A stretch of DNA of 63,337 bases, filler included, from Hyphochytrium catenoides (lineage: Eukaryota > Protista > Hyphochytriomycota), in assembly GCA_900088475.1 (NCBI GenBank). It is 10 parts of 10 records of this genome, joined end to end, with 100 filler letters (N's around TTAATTAATTAA, not from the genome) between each part and the next. Parts side by side here need not be neighbours in the genome. Positions count along the whole stretch, not along the records: positions 23,917 to 46,450 come from FLMG01003994.1; 9 more parts are not named here. One strand, given 5' to 3'. A model generated the notes under the pieces. The model did no database searches. It had not been told where the DNA came from and was given only the letters and a program-made list of their open reading frames with translations. Position numbers and translations under genes: made by a program. Shown piece after piece: positions 24,058 to 37,900 of this stretch. Numbering within the stretch: position 1 is the first letter of the stretch; the number at the start of each line of letters is the position of its first letter.

Positions 24058-24559
24058 CTGTCAAGCGCGCAGGGAGAGAGCATGTTTCCACGAACCATTA
24101 CAAGACGGCCGTTAGCGGAATTGTGTTGCTGAATCCTGCATGCTGCATTGTACAAGTACGAGTAGAAACTGAATGACTCATAGATGGACGGCCGGGACCG
24201 CTAACGGACAAGTTGAGCCATCATTGGTGGCAGGTGGCACCTGTTATTTGGCCCAGCAACCGATAAGTTTGTATGAAGCCGATTGTTGCTTTCAATAATG
24301 GATGCTTGATCACTAATAAAGGACGAAGAAGAAGAAGAAAGAGACGAGAGTTATGAAGCTCTGGACTCTTCAACAGGTTCTCCTCCTCCACCATCATCTA
24401 GCGGAAAAGGAAGAAGAGTCATAGTTGAACTCTTCGGCGACAATGATAGGTGATAGGAGACGGAGGAGGAAGAAGAGGGCGTGGCACCGAGAATATCATC
24501 ATCATCAGGCTCAATCATGCAAGCTAGAGCGGTGTCCAACTGCTGAAGAGGCATCCCCT

Positions 24560-25800
24560 TTAGATCCTGTCGCGCATTCTCTTCATGAATCGGGGAGATT
24601 CAGGTATGATGAAGAGTCAGAGCCTTAGCCAACCGAGACCAAAGACAAGAGGACGGAAAGCCTGAAGAGCGGCACGATCACTGAAGCTTAACTGGCTGTT
24701 GCCAGGACATAGGGCATAGCACCACCAAAAGACTCCCAAACTAGCGGCACACGCTGTAGCCCCACAGCCTGGCAGAAATCCTCATACTTCCGGACTTTCG
24801 CTTTCTCAGACAAACGACCTTGATAGCCGCATTGGTTGCGGCATAGGGAAGGGTTCTGGATTGCAGCAAATCCGTGACGGACACATCAAAGGCCGAGTAC
24901 TGATAGGAAAGTGAAACTCCACGAACCAACAAATCTCCAGGCTTCTGATTGTAGCCCGGAAGGGAAGAAGGCGGCGAGGAGGTTCGCGGGAGACTTTGAG
25001 GCCAGAGTCCGATAGGCATGAAAGACAAGGTCTTGCCCGGTGGTGACGTTGATAAGCGCCACCGCCACGACGACAGACTAGGTCATGATCGCCAAAGCGT
25101 CCATTGGACGGGCACAAGACAGGTAAGTGGCTGGAGTGTACGCAAGAGGGATACCTAGGAATCGCCACAACATTCACCTGGAATGCTAACGGAGAAGAAA
25201 CCTTCAATTGCAATCAGAGAATAGGGGCAGCCCGAAGGAAAGCTCGCCCCTCCGTGCGGGAGGGAATCAGCCCGCAAGCGAGCCTTTGAGCGCAACAAGT
25301 CCAGGCCAGCAGAAGACAGGAGAGCACTGGAAACCGTCACCAAAACAAATCGGGACAAGTACAGTTGCAGCTGTTGTTCCTGAGCAAAAACTTCAAGGAA
25401 GGACTGACGCAGCTTCACACCGTGCACAGCGGCGGTCTTTCAGAAGGCATCGCGAAGTTTGGCGGCCAACGGAGAGGAGTAAGCCTCGACGTCCGGCAAA
25501 CGCAGAAGCTGAGCAAACTAGAGTGGCAGAAGCACCAACAGAAACAGTATAAGCAGGAGTTGCGAGGAAAGTAGCAGAAGCGAGACCAAGACCACCCAGG
25601 CGGATGGGTAGGGTAACTTGTTTCCAGATCCGAGACAGAAAAGGCAGACCCCAGAGCCGAGCCAGAAAACCACGCAAGCGGAGGTCAAAGTTAGAGCAAA
25701 GAGAGGCTAGCTGTGGAGGAGGACAACCGATTTGCATTAGGTTAAGAGCAGGCAACGGCGTCGGCCTACTACCACCTCATAGACAGAGAGGCTGACTTGG
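24560..25800 (-). mobile_element. 5'-truncated, frameshifted CRE-like non-LTR retrotransposon (end of RT, zinc finger, restriction-like endonuclease)
   Basis: Across frames: WKQVTLPIRLGGLGLASA, C....GRFGDHDLVCRRGGGAYQRHH (zinc finger), KPGDLL...AFDVSV, EKAKVRKY and VPLVWESFGG (REL motifs). Multiple frameshifts and stops. Confidence 0.8.
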
Positions 25801-25966
25801 CAGGCAGCACAGGTTAAGGCGGTGCCTGCTAAGGCGGTGTCAACTTTGCAACAGAAAAGGGGACAGGGAGGGGTTAAGTGCGCCTGTAAGGGATCTAACA
25901 GGCAGAGGTCCAAAAAGTCTTGAGACTGTCATGAGCCAACAACCATATTTCCCTTCTGCTTGGGCT

Positions 25967-28900
25967 TCAAAGCTTTGCCTGTCCAATCCTCTTCTCCTGC
26001 TGAGAATACTGCTCTGCCTCTTTAAACAGCCTTTGAACAGAGCTCAGTGCCGGAGACACCTTTTCGCGGTTTAACTGCACGCAGATGAGACAGAGCTCAG
26101 CACGGATTTAACCACAGACGGAAGACTTCTGGTAGTCCATGTAGTGAGGAATAACTCTTATACAAAGTGAGAGCTAACGCAGATAACGCGGTGATAGAGG
26201 AAGCGCATAAGGACTGCGACAGGGCAGGTCATAAGACGATCTAGGATGGGACTTAATGGCCAGGGCTATATAGAGTTGCAGTCAGAAGAGGGAATTGACT
26301 CACGGAGTCCCCCACCCAGAAGTATTGAGACTTACCGGCTCCCTCTGCGCCCACTGGAAGAGCGTCTCGTAGGGCCGTCCTTGATGTTGGCCCAAGGCGG
26401 AGTTGAGATAGAAGTCTGAGAGGTCGAAGGAGTCTACGTAGCCAAGAATATCTGGGCGGAGAGACAGGATGGACGCACGAACCTGGAAGGAAAATACTTA
26501 GTAGAAGGGATATAGAAGAGGTTTTGGCCCCTACAAAGGGAAAGGAGGGGAGACGATCCCAGTATAGGGGGAGGCCAACAAGATTAGTGAGTGATGAAAG
26601 CAACAGGTCTACCCAGGAGTGAAGAGAAAGAGCTACTGCTAGTGTACCATGTCTCGAAGCCAGGATGCCTGTTGTCCTGTCGTATAACCATCTTGAAGAA
26701 TCTCTCCTAAGCTCTGTTCAATGGTGAACAGGCCAAAGAGATCGCTTAACCGCTTCACAGCCCCATGAAGAGGGTGGCTGGTTGGCACAGGATTCCCATA
26801 AAAGGAGACAGAAGGAACGGTGAGAATTGAAATAGGGGGACACCGTGAGACTTTAACGCAAGATACGAAGGGAAGCCGCAAGATAGACGTTAGGAAGGAG
26901 AGACAAACTGTGAAACGACTGTGACATGATAGCGCGGCCAGGTAATGCAGCAAAGAGAGGGATACCTTACCTCTCGCCCATCTCCGCTAGCTGTTCATGG
27001 CAAGCTTGCAGCATGACTACCCTGCAATGCGCGTCGGAACACCGAATAATTTCCCATCCCAAGGCATTGAACGCCTGCATCAACCCGCCAGAGGAAGACA
27101 GCAAGGAAGAGAGCGAGAGGGCGGTAGAAGAGAGGACGGATGTAGAGGCATACTCTAGCGCCTTCATCTGTGTGCACAGCATTATGGTGAAGGGGGGGAT
27201 CAGTCAGTTGTTAAGAGGCCATGTCGGCCTTTTAGAGTCAAATGAGTGTCAAGACTTTCCTATGCAATGTTGAGGCTGAGGGTGGAGTCCTTATAAACGC
27301 TAAGGGCAAGGACTGAAAAAGACCATTAGGCACTACGGAAAGAGGGAAGGGGAAAAGGGTAAGAAAGTGACATACCTGGTTCTCCTTGCTTAGCCAATCC
27401 TCTGGCCTCTTAACGGCACACTGTGAGGTGAGGATGGCATTGTATGACTGCAGATAGCTGCAGGTGCCCTCCACCTTGCCTGACGACTGAAAGAGACCGG
27501 AAGATGTTCAGAATAGTGACAGCTACCGCAATGAGCACATTATAGGCGGGGGTTACAGATAAGTAATGGGAGTCGAGTTATGAACAGCAATAAATAAAGT
27601 CGCGGCGAGCCTCTTGGAGCTGCCCTGGTGCCACATCCGTCCTAAATAGTTCTGGCTCTCCCTGGCCGTAAACCTTCTCACTTACTGACCTGTGCTGCTT
27701 GCAAACTCTTCAGGAGGTGTCTGGCTGTCTGTTGCTTCAGTAGAAAGTTATCTCCTTCAGCTGTCACCACCGCCACATAGTCTTTAAAGCACTCCGGGAG
27801 GCCAGACAACTCAGAATAACCGTGACCACCGCACGCTACGAGTGTGGCAAACGAGGATATTAAAAGGGATACATAGAGACAAGGAGACCGAGAGGGTAAC
27901 ATTTGACGGAAGGCAAGCACCAGAAACCTTCTCAAGTATGTCTCCTTCTTCCTCTGCTCATCCTTCTAGTGCCAATCGGCATACGAAACCCATGGTATAA
28001 CTGTGCTTCTCTAAATGCGCTTACCTCTTCTACATGTCTCGATGCCATCAGCAGCTAAAGTGGTACAGTGACTCTTCAGACCCGAAGACGTAGCATGCAA
28101 TTCTGCTAGAGCTGCCTTGCTTCTCCCCGCAGCTCCTGAGGTAGAATAAGCACGGAACTGCTTCTCCATCAACCTACCCCAGGACCGAATGGGGAGATGT
28201 AAGCACATAAGAGGACGGTGTCTTAACAGTCAAGCAATGAACACAACCAGCACCACTTTACAGGATAAGAGTAGAGGGCAAGGCAACAGACCTTTAGCGT
28301 CAATGCGAGAAAGCGAAAAGTAACACATGGAGAAAATATACACGTAGGTCCATACCTTCCGGTGAAAGCCAGCGCATAGGCAGTAGCCACAAGCGGAAAA
28401 ATTCGGTACTGGACACCCATGTAGTCCAGGACCTAACAGACAGTACCCGTCAGACAAAGGTAGCGGGGGTGAGTAGGGGATTGAGAAGGATGAAGGCGAG
28501 TGCGATTGACAAGAGAGAGAGGGCCCGTTTTTAGCTTGTCCCATATCCCGCTGCCCTTGGTTCCGAAAGGTCAACAGACGGAGGTGGCGCTACCACTAAA
28601 GATGCTCCTTTCACTAAAGATGAGCAAGAAGTATACACAGGGCGCAATCCCTCCCGCTCCGCCATGCATATTGTAGTCAGCCTCCCTTCCCCGTATATCG
28701 TAATTCTGTGTCTCCGTGTCCGCATTTACCTGTTGTTCTGGTCCACCAACCTCCGCGCTGAACTGCCTCCTTACTAGCAAGTACCGGACAGCTATAGTTA
28801 CCGCCCGAGCAAGACCATTGGAAGCTCCCATGACTAGGAGCGAGCGGATGTATGTCATGCCGCTGTACATAGCACGAAGATTGGCCTATCGATCCTGTTA

Positions 28901-31272
28901 GATGACGCGGTGGACGTACCGGAAGAGGCCAGAAAGGGGATGAAGACACTGAAAACAAGATTAGAGCACATGAAAAAGGAAGGAGGAGGAACATGGTCAA
29001 GGTTAGTCGAGCGACTTGTAAGTTGTCTCTGTTTACTAAGCCGTAGGAGATGCCGTGGTCGCAATCCAGACATCGCCAAAAAGTGGAGCCTGTAAGGACA
29101 GTAGGCACTCTTGACCGAAATGGGCAGGTTTTTACCTTATCGGGCTTTACATATTCCCCCTCTGGTGTGATGCTGCCGGTCTTGCCCAGAATGTTGTCTC
29201 TTGGGATTCTCACCCTGTTAAACTGCATGAAGCCGTTGTCTGTCCCATTGTAGCCCATCTTGGGGCCGATATCCCCGATGATGATGCCCGGAAGAGGGCG
29301 GAGTGTCTCTCGGTCTCGAATACGTACAAAGAAAGGATGGACTCCATAGTCCACTACCTCGCTTGTCCCTAAGAATAAAAGGCAATCAGCTTGAGGTTTC
29401 TTGTTTTTCCTCTGCCTCCGTCTGTTCCCGGCATCTCCGTTCCGTCTAGGCCTCGTCCACCTTATGTTCAAATGCACTTAGGCGTTCCCACAGAACTATC
29501 TATTTGATAGCCAGCTCGCGACCTCCTGCTCTTCCCCCGAGCACAATCATTCTAGAGCGCTTCCCCTTCCTCCACACAGCCTCCTCAGTGTGAGTGTTCN
29601 NNNNAGCCCTGGCCACCATTTGGTGGCGCCAAGGCTAGGGGTGTGAAGCTCAATCTCGTCGGAAGAGGGGAGATACGTGGCGGTTGTCTGAAGGCCCCTG
29701 TAACAATCAGAAGTAACTGTCAGCTACCCGTTTGGAAGCGACACAGGGTGATAGAGAGGACAAGCAACACGTGATCTCGCTTTTAGACTAGGAAGAGGAT
29801 AAATGAAGAGGAAAGAGATTGGTTCAGTGCGACAGGCTCGTGAATTTTATGTTTTGGAACACGGCAAAGCTGTAAGCCTATCCCTACAAACATGAAGAGC
29901 GAGGAAAGGTTCAGATAGAGAGGACACTGGCTGGAGGATAGAGACCGACCTGACGTTGCTGCCATGGCTGAGCTCCGTCTGCAGAGATTAAGAGACACAT
30001 AAAAAGGGTGAGAAAGAAGCACCCAGCGATGCAATTAAGGATCTGCGGGGAAAGGCCCCATGGCAACTAATGAAATGGGTTTCAAGGGCACAGATTAGAG
30101 AGCAAAGTGAAGAAGGAGTGGAGGAGAAGGCGTCATGCTGTCCGCCTTTCACTTCCGCCCAATTGTCCCAAACCCTAATCCAGATATCTGTTCCCGTCAC
30201 CTGTGCATAACAGCCCAGAATTTCCCTTCTTTCGGCTGCTTTGAGCCATTTCTGTTTTTGCTCGTCGGAGCACTGGGATTGCAGGGCTGGGAGAAAGGCC
30301 ACATCGTGCAGACTGAAGGGCAGGGACTCGTTGGCATACTGGTTAATGGAAAAAGGATTGCATTAGTGAGGAACCATAGCGAGACTGGAATGGAGACGGT
30401 CATGATCGGTAGGAATAGAAAGAATAGACGTTTAGGCATGACTGACAAACTGAGTCTAGAGAGGGCTCAACAGGATGCTGTTAGCACAATGGAAGGAAGC
30501 GTCAGCAGAGAAGAAGACCAACCTAGAAAGGCATTCGTGCGGCGACGAGGAAGACAAGGTAAGCGAGGAAGGCAGAGACCAGAAAGCTCATAAAGAGAGC
30601 AGCCAAAAGGAACAACGATTGATTACAGCCCTACCGTCTTCATGATGATCGCCTCTTCCTCAGATAAATTGAGCTCCCGCGTGAGCTGTTCTAGGCGGAC
30701 TCCCTTGTCCACCGCCCGCTTGTACTTCTCAGCGTGGGAAAGAAAGAACCTGTCATCGTTCCGGAATACTGGGTCCGCCTGGAGATAGGATAACCCATAG
30801 AGAAGATGGAAGAAAAGTCAGTTGAAAGCCATAGGCAGGAGAGCGCTAGAAGGGCTAGTGGATACGAGAATAATTTAAGGGGCCACGACGGAGACGTAGA
30901 TTGACATGTTAGCTTAGAGCAACTAAGGAGGAGAAACGTCATCGTCAAATAGCTCCCGGCGCTACGTAGAGCGAGGGTTCCTCAGATATGGCAAAAGACC
31001 TAGGAGATCAGAGTCTAGGAGGATGTAGGCGCCTCTCCCGCTCCCTCTCCTTCCTTCTGTCATCTTACCTCCACAAGCGCCCTCAGTTTCTGCCGTTTGA
31101 GCGTGTTTTCTCGACCGCCAGCCAGCAGATCAGTCCTAAACGCAACCGTAGGGAAGGGGTTATCTCAAGTTTGCAGGGCAGAGGAATCTAGCAGGCCAGC
31201 GGGGTCGCAGACGTACATGTCCTGAGGACGGAAGGAGAGCTTTGAACGTTCTTGAATGAGTTCTTCTGACAT
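25967..31272 (-). CDS. ACOX1: Peroxisomal acyl-CoA oxidase (ACOX1-like), ~15 exons, C-terminal PTS1 -AKL
   Basis: Spliced motifs: MSEELIQERSKLSF, ILGCYAQ|TELSHGSNVR|GLQTTATY, ATKWWPG (gap 29600-29604), DIGPKMGYNGTDNG, TIAVRYLLVRRQF, ELHATSSGLKS, CRR|ACGGHGYS, TAEGDN, LRPDILGYVDSFD...LNSALG. Ends IGQAKL-stop at 25967. All resolved introns are GT-AG. Confidence 0.95.
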
Positions 31273-32789
31273 CCTTTCGTGACAAACGACAGGAATTCTA
31301 AGCTCGTGGTGCCTCTTTTTATGATCACCGGGGTACTTCTCCAAATGCAAAGTCTGTCTCTTTCAAAAGTATCCAGGAAAGAAGACAAGGTGTGAAGAGG
31401 ACGGACAACCAGATGTCGTTGAAGAGATTCGCTGCTGTAGGAATTGAAGACGAGGAAGAGAGATTGATGAGGCGACAAAGCAAGCGCTAGAGCCGGCGAA
31501 TGAGGAATGCGCGGCCGCAAGAAAACGAGAGAGAGAGAGACAGACAGAGCTAGACGGAGAGAGGATGGGGCTGAGACAAACAGAGATGAGAAGATGCACC
31601 GACATGAAGGGAAAGGGATAGACAGAGAGGGAGAGAGAGGAGGAGAGAGGAGGGAGAAGAGTCCAAGATCTGGATCCTGAGCGCCGCTGGATCCGCCATC
31701 GCCCAACTTGAAGTCTCAAAACTCACACTCTCTACAGGCCGCCACAACTCCAGGGAGTGGGACAACAAACACACACAGGCATGCAAACTGCAACTCCACG
31801 ACGACACCAGGACCATGAATCTGACGTGAAATGAGTTAGCGGCTATCTCGGATGCAGCTCCAACCAGGCCGAGGAGAAGGAGGCCGACGTAGAGACGATC
31901 GTTCAGACTGAGGGAATGTGAGATGAATGCTAAGATGAACTCCTCCACTAAAAGCTTCATGGTCTAGGAATTTTGCCGCCGGCACCGTCGCTTCTTTCCG
32001 TTGGAGTTTGAGGCGCGCTCGTCAGAAGCCAAACGTAGTACTTTGGAGTAATGGCTGAGAGTGACCTTCCTCATATTTCGCCGACACAGTAGATGAATAT
32101 TTCCGAGACAGACTGTCGGGGCAGAAGGAGACTTCCGAGAGGAGAATATGAAGGGGTAACTTGGATAGTGACCTGCGCAAGTCGAATGCATAAGTAAGAA
32201 GCCAACCTAAGGGTACCCTAAGAGTTCCCTCATCAGGGCATTAAGCGAAACGGAAGCATTATGACCACCCGGTAATGTAAGGTGGTGTGTGTGTCGGCAG
32301 AATAGGAAGAGACATGGCCAGCCACGTAGGAAGGGCCATATGAAGTGAAGGGAAGGTATAATAGTAGAATGGGCGACACACAAGCCAAGAATGGTGCGAC
32401 ATTCTGAAAGTGGCGGTATGGTCAACGGCGGCAGTTCAAGTAAGGATTGTGAGAAAAGGATCGATCATTAGCATTGCCCACTAGAAGTGAATCAGAAAGG
32501 GAGAAAGTAGTAGCTTGCAAGAGATCGAGCTCGGTAAAAGAATGCACGCAACGCCCATGATCAAGCATGGTGAGACGGACCCAGGGACGGAACAGGTAAA
32601 GGAACCCGAATGCACAAGGTACAAGTAGTGCGATTGAGATGCTGAGTCATAAGCAACTAGCAACCCATCCTAGTCAGACGATAGTATAAGTGGGCTTAGG
32701 GCTTAGTTAGAGCAGAGCTGGACAAGGCAAGAAAGGATAGCGCGGGACGAAGAGTGAGTCCGTAATGTGTTAGATCCGTACGTGCGCTT

Positions 32790-33479
32790 CTATTCCATGT
32801 GCACTCTGATTGGATCCCTAATGTCGTTTGTGAAGGCCGTGCTCTTACCGAATGGAAGAGCTGTATGAGTCTTCTCCGATAGAGGAAAGGCAGGACCCTC
32901 CCCTGTCATGACCTTGTAGGAGTAAACTGTCACGGCTGGGCCATTCTTTAGGTCTTCTAATGCTGGAGAAGATTCTGGGCTGCCTGTTTCATTGGCCCCC
33001 TGCTTGGCGCCTCCTTTCCCTCTAGGAACTCTAACTGGCCTGTTCGCCTCATCTACTTCTGGCTTAACGTAGTTGGCCTTATAGCTTGACTGAAAGTTGG
33101 AGGTGGTCTCTGCCTTCTCAACGTTTTTGGCTCTTTCTTCGTCTTCAAGCGCCAGCTGTTTTGCCTTCCGCTCTAGCTCTTCCATCTTAGCGGCACCCCG
33201 TGGTCCCAAGCCGCCGGCATTCCTTGACAAACTCTTGCCACCGAGGGAGAGCGCGCTCTCAGATTCCTTCTGGTACGTCGTCTGAAAGTGGCTTTTGCTG
33301 GCTTCAGGGCTGATAACCCTATGAGAGAGGACTCTCTCTGCCGTGTCCTTACCACCCGTCGGGCTAGTAGTCGTATACTGCTTCAGCGCTTCCTCTTCCA
33401 CCCAGTTGCCAATTAGGACTCCGCTCTCCTGTTTATTGAAGCTGTTCAGTGCTGCAGTTGTTTTCTTGTGGGTTGGCAT
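32790..33479 (-). CDS. NWE-motif axonemal microtubule inner protein, SPAG8/CFAP143-like (intronless)
   Basis: 229 aa. GVLIGNWVEE near the N-terminus, Mn-like motifs FQTTY/FQSSYKANY, and C-terminal PAVTVYS...PFGKSTAFT. Confidence 0.65.
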   Translation of the reverse strand: MPTHKKTTAALNSFNKQESGVLIGNWVEEEALKQYTTTSPTGGKDTAERVLSHRVISPEASKSHFQTTYQKESESALSLGGKSLSRNAGGLGPRGAAKMEELERKAKQLALEDEERAKNVEKAETTSNFQSSYKANYVKPEVDEANRPVRVPRGKGGAKQGANETGSPESSPALEDLKNGPAVTVYSYKVMTGEGPAFPLSEKTHTALPFGKSTAFTNDIRDPIRVHME

Positions 33480-34418
33480 AGTGCTGAGACAAGTGCGGCC
33501 CTTTCGGGAGCTAGTCGGTCCTCTCTAAACGCTAAATTATAGGTCGTCCCTAGGCGAAATCACAAACCTCATTCAGACACTGATAAGTCCGTGAAGCACT
33601 CTCCAATAGCTGTAGATATGGGCACTGCTGAGTCTGTGTCAGCACCAGTGGGTGAGATAGTGCAACAAGGTTCAGCCTATGATCATCACGCTTTATATGT
33701 ACCAAGCTTCAAAAATGCGCTACCTTCGCCACTATCTCCCGCAGTGCAGTGTTATCGCTAGTAAGTTACCGTCTGTCTCTCTCTCCCTCCCTCCCTGTGT
33801 CTCCCTCTAGCTCGTTTATCTCTCTCTTTTCCTTCGTCGGCCGCTGTTCCTCCCTCTTTGTTCTCGTCGTCTTTCTGGCACTAGCCTATCCCTGGTTCTA
33901 TCCATAGTCCTCCCTCAGACAAGGGCCCCAGCACTTCCATCATCATCAGCGTTTAGTTATTAGCTAGCCACTAATAATAGTAATAGGCTCCACAAGATGA
34001 TGGACAGAGGGCGTTACAACCCTCACAGCCACTCCCCATCTTCCTCCTCTCCACCTCGCTTCAGTTATCAGCTTATTGATTATAATTCCAACCTACCCAA
34101 TAACTAAACGCTGATTCACATCCAAACTGAGGAAGGTTTTCGCGCCTGTTTGCGCATGTCAAAGAACACGATGGAGGGAAGCAGAAGAGCAGCGATGCAC
34201 TTGCCGATGATGGATGATGGATGCAGCCGTACTACCTGTACCGTCCACCGGTAAATGAAGCTTTTCTTGGGTCTCTGAGCTCCACAGAGCCAAGTGAGTC
34301 CCTAAACTTACCTTGTCATTCCGGCAGCTTTACCACCTCAAAGACAGAGTAACGTAAGGTTAAGGGGCAGACAATCAGTAGTACTTGGTACCTCACGCAG
34401 CGGTAGCAGTCTCTTAGT

Positions 34419-36214
34419 ATGGAAGAGCACGAAGCGCAGGCGGCGCTTAGGGCGCTAAATGGGGACATGGCTGCGCTGAAGGAGTACGTCACAGCAAAGG
34501 ATCACCTACAATATACGACATTGCCAGAGGTAATCAAGGTTCTTCCTAGCATCTTGCCTTTCTGCTCTCTCATCCCCAGACCACCCCTTACCTATATCTT
34601 CTCAAGTTCGTGTGGTCAGCGCCATGCTTGGGCTCTACATATCTTAGTAAACAGCGGTCTCACGTTACCTTCCGATAGAACGTTGTTGCCCTGCATGTGA
34701 CACACCAGTACCTGAAAGCCAAGATCGTTGACATTAGACTGGATCTGCATATGACCATAGCTGAGGTAATGACAATTACGTTGGACAGCAAACTACGATG
34801 TAACTACGATGTAGCTGTCTTTGTTCTTCATAAAACCTACACGCATCTTTGCTGTCAGATTTGCTAAGCATAGCGGTTAATGCAGGTAAAGGAGAAGCTC
34901 CACCACCACGTGGGCACTAGCATCGGATACATGGAGCTTTACTTGAGGTCTCACGGAGAGGTGGTGGCTCCGCTGGATGACGACAGAAAGAAGCTCGGTT
35001 ACTACGGCGCAAGATCAGGTGTCTCTCCCATAGTTTCTGCTGCTACCAGCTGGCCACTCCCTCTAGCTATCTGTTGCTGCCCTGTCGAAATCCTCGACTA
35101 CTATTGGAAGGACAATTGTGAAGCTGGGACGCCTAGATTTTCTGTCATCATCGAACTCTTAAGTCGTTTGACGCTTTGTCGCACATCTCCTATTTTGGGG
35201 CTGTCTTCCATCAATGCGGTCCTATTAGCACTCCGACATGTTTCACAATCTGTTATTGTCACTCTTCCCCATGATCAAGCCGCTACTTCTATCCCCTTGG
35301 GCTCTTCAGGGTTGTGACGTTTCGCTATTCGTCATTGATTACAGGGATGGAAATCTATATAGTGGATCATGACCCTTTCTCTCTGGCGAAGGGTGGCGGG
35401 CTAGAGGACGTAACGTTAGTGAAGAAGTACGTGATGGATGAATCAGAGTATGACAAGAGGAAGAACACTGTGAGAAACTATAAGAGAGAAATGAAGGCCA
35501 AGGATCCGAACTGGAAACCTCCCACAATGGCGGCGGCATCCGCAGCTGGTGAGCCTGCACGCCCTGCTGGACCTGACACTGTGGAAGGCATTGTGGTGGG
35601 CTCGCGCTGTGAGGTGCAGGTGAGGCTGACGAGATATGATCACTGCTGTTACCGCTGCTGCTGGTGTCTGTTTCTGTGTCAACTGTCTGTCTGAAGTCTG
35701 ACTCCCAGTCCTCGTCATACATCCTCTCCTTTACATCTCTCTCGCCAATGCATTAGCATTCTCCTTGACCGTCACTCCTCTCCGACTGCTGACCTGCGTG
35801 CCTGCCTGCCTGTAGTAGTTCTCTTCACCCTCCTCTTGGCTAGCACTAGGCGTTTAGAACAATATTTATTGTTGCTATTTCCCTCTGTCCCATGTCTCTA
35901 CTGTCTCTATGAGCTTCTTAGCTCCTATCTAATTGTAATTTCCCCGCGTCTCGGTGCTTGCACAGCCCGGCGGCAGACGCGGTACAGTCCTCTATGTAGG
36001 AGAAGTGCCAGGTCTGAAAGGTGAAGGACACTGGGTTGGAGTCAAGTTTGACGAACCTCTCGGCCTTTGTGACGGCACTGTAAAAGGGACGAAGTACTTT
36101 GACTGTCCTCCAAAATTTGGCTCCTTTGTCCGGGGCTGGAATGTGAAGACTGGGGACTATCCAGAAAGAGATCCGTTTGCTGACCTTGAGGATGAGGAGG
36201 AGGAAGAGTTGTGA
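34419..36214 (+). CDS. TBCB: Tubulin-folding cofactor B (Ubl domain + CAP-Gly)
   Basis: Five GT-AG exons: ...DLHMTIAE|VKEKLHHHVGT...LDDDRKKLGYYG, DPFSLAKGGGLEDVTLVKKYVMDESEYDKRKNTVR, and CAP-Gly RRGTVLYVG...WVGVKFDEPLGLCDGTVKGTKYFDCPPKFGSFVR with acidic tail. Confidence 0.96.
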
Positions 36215-37900
36215 TCATACCAAGAATGGCGTAAAGCCCCACCCCCACACCTCACCCGTAAGGCCTAACCTTTTCCTTACGAAGCTGGAGCTGGCTGTCG
36301 CACATTGTGTTCATAAGCCTCTACTACTGCCGCTAGCTTGTAGGCTGTATTTAGCGCAGACCAACTCTCTAAAGCGCCTTGGTCTGAATGACTGTCCTTT
36401 GGGGTTCTATATACGACTCGTAGGGCGATATGAAGGTGAAGAGATAAAGAAGATCCGCACGCTAAGAGCTATTAGATTGTGTGAGTTTTTGGCATTCTTT
36501 CTCCTTAGCCCCGCCCTTTTTTTGCCGCCTTTTATCATCCATACACTTATGTCTTGGTCCGTTCTGTCGCCGTTCAGGAGCTCCTGCGCTCTATATTAAT
36601 CTGACCGCCGATAAATGCATTGCTGTGAAGAACACTAGCGGCAGTTATGATGAATGGATCACTCTCGTTCCTTTCATAGGTGTACATAATAAATAAGCGC
36701 TCTGCCGTGCTCTTCAAATCGGTAGATGTAACCGCTGAGGCATCAGCCCCACGCAGAACGCTATAATGGAACGTATTCCACACCGCTAAGGATGAGGCTC
36801 TTGTAGATAGGAGGATTGTGGTCTCAGTAGCTTTGGCAAATTGAGAAAGGTAATCATGTCCCATCATTAACAAATTCCTCAGAAGGGGTTTCCTTCGCTC
36901 AGTCTAATGCGTCTTCGCACCTCGTGCTGCACCTGCTACCATAGACAAAGAGGAATGCAAGCGATGACTGAGAAAGCGCTTCTGACCTGACGACGCCCAT
37001 AGCCGACCACAACCACTATTCTCCGCCTTCCTTCTCCTTACTACAGTGCAAGGAACTAAGGGCGTGGGACCGCGGAGAGCTGGGTACTACGACGAGGCAA
37101 CCTCTGCACAACCAGCGGTCCGTGCTCCCGCTTGCTGTTGTTCGCGCTACAGTCCTCCAGCAATGCCACACCCGGGGCGGCACAAGGGAGGAATGAGGAG
37201 GATGGAAAAGTCAGGGGCCTCATTGTCTCTTCCCCATTGTCTAGATACAACATGCACCAGTCCTAACTGCAGCTGGAGCCAAAGAGGGGAAGGCTTTTAC
37301 TATGGAGCTGAGTGTAGGTAGGTCGAGGCACCTTTAGAACGCCTGGTGGCTGAATGAGTCACCTGAAGGTGAGTCCGTGCCAAAAGGAAGACCATTGGCA
37401 TCCAAGAACTTCACTCTGTCCGTCAGCACTGTTCTAGATAGGGCCACACAGCAAGACAGCACGCTGAGCCCAAGCTCTGTCAAGGTAAGCCCTGAAGGCT
37501 GTCAGCTTACCTTCCCCCTCACCCCAACCTTTCGAACAATCTGAACCAGTGTACAGTATCAGAAACCTGTTCAGTTTGCATCCCACGCGTCCCCCAGTAG
37601 AACGCGGGACCAATTGTACAATACCTTGAGTGAGAGCAGCGATGAGAGCAGCTTCTCTGCCTTTACAGAGTCTGAGAGTACAGAGAGTACTGTCTGTCCA
37701 CTTCTCCCAACAAGATCCAGCCAGCCAGACCTCCCCGCCCCTGTGAGATGACTGCGCGGTCCGAGATAGGGAATGATTGGGAGCTTGAGCAGAGGAAGAG
37801 TAGACAAGGGATTCCGGGAGTGCACTGAAAATAGTCCAAGTGTCTAATAATGACGGCTTCTCCTCTGGTGGAGGTACTTAATGGATAGTGCCCAGCTAAG

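Noticed and set aside
29600-29604. ACOX appears to lack the conserved segment after KWWPG
   Set aside because: It coincides with an N gap, so it is an assembly loss rather than a real deletion.
31410-31699. Upstream MADPAALRIQIL... plus ...LQRHL could form a PTS2 (RI-x5-HL) extension of ACOX
   Set aside because: No plausible splice dinucleotides join the two pieces in frame, and ACOX already has a PTS1. Treated as coincidence without RNA data.
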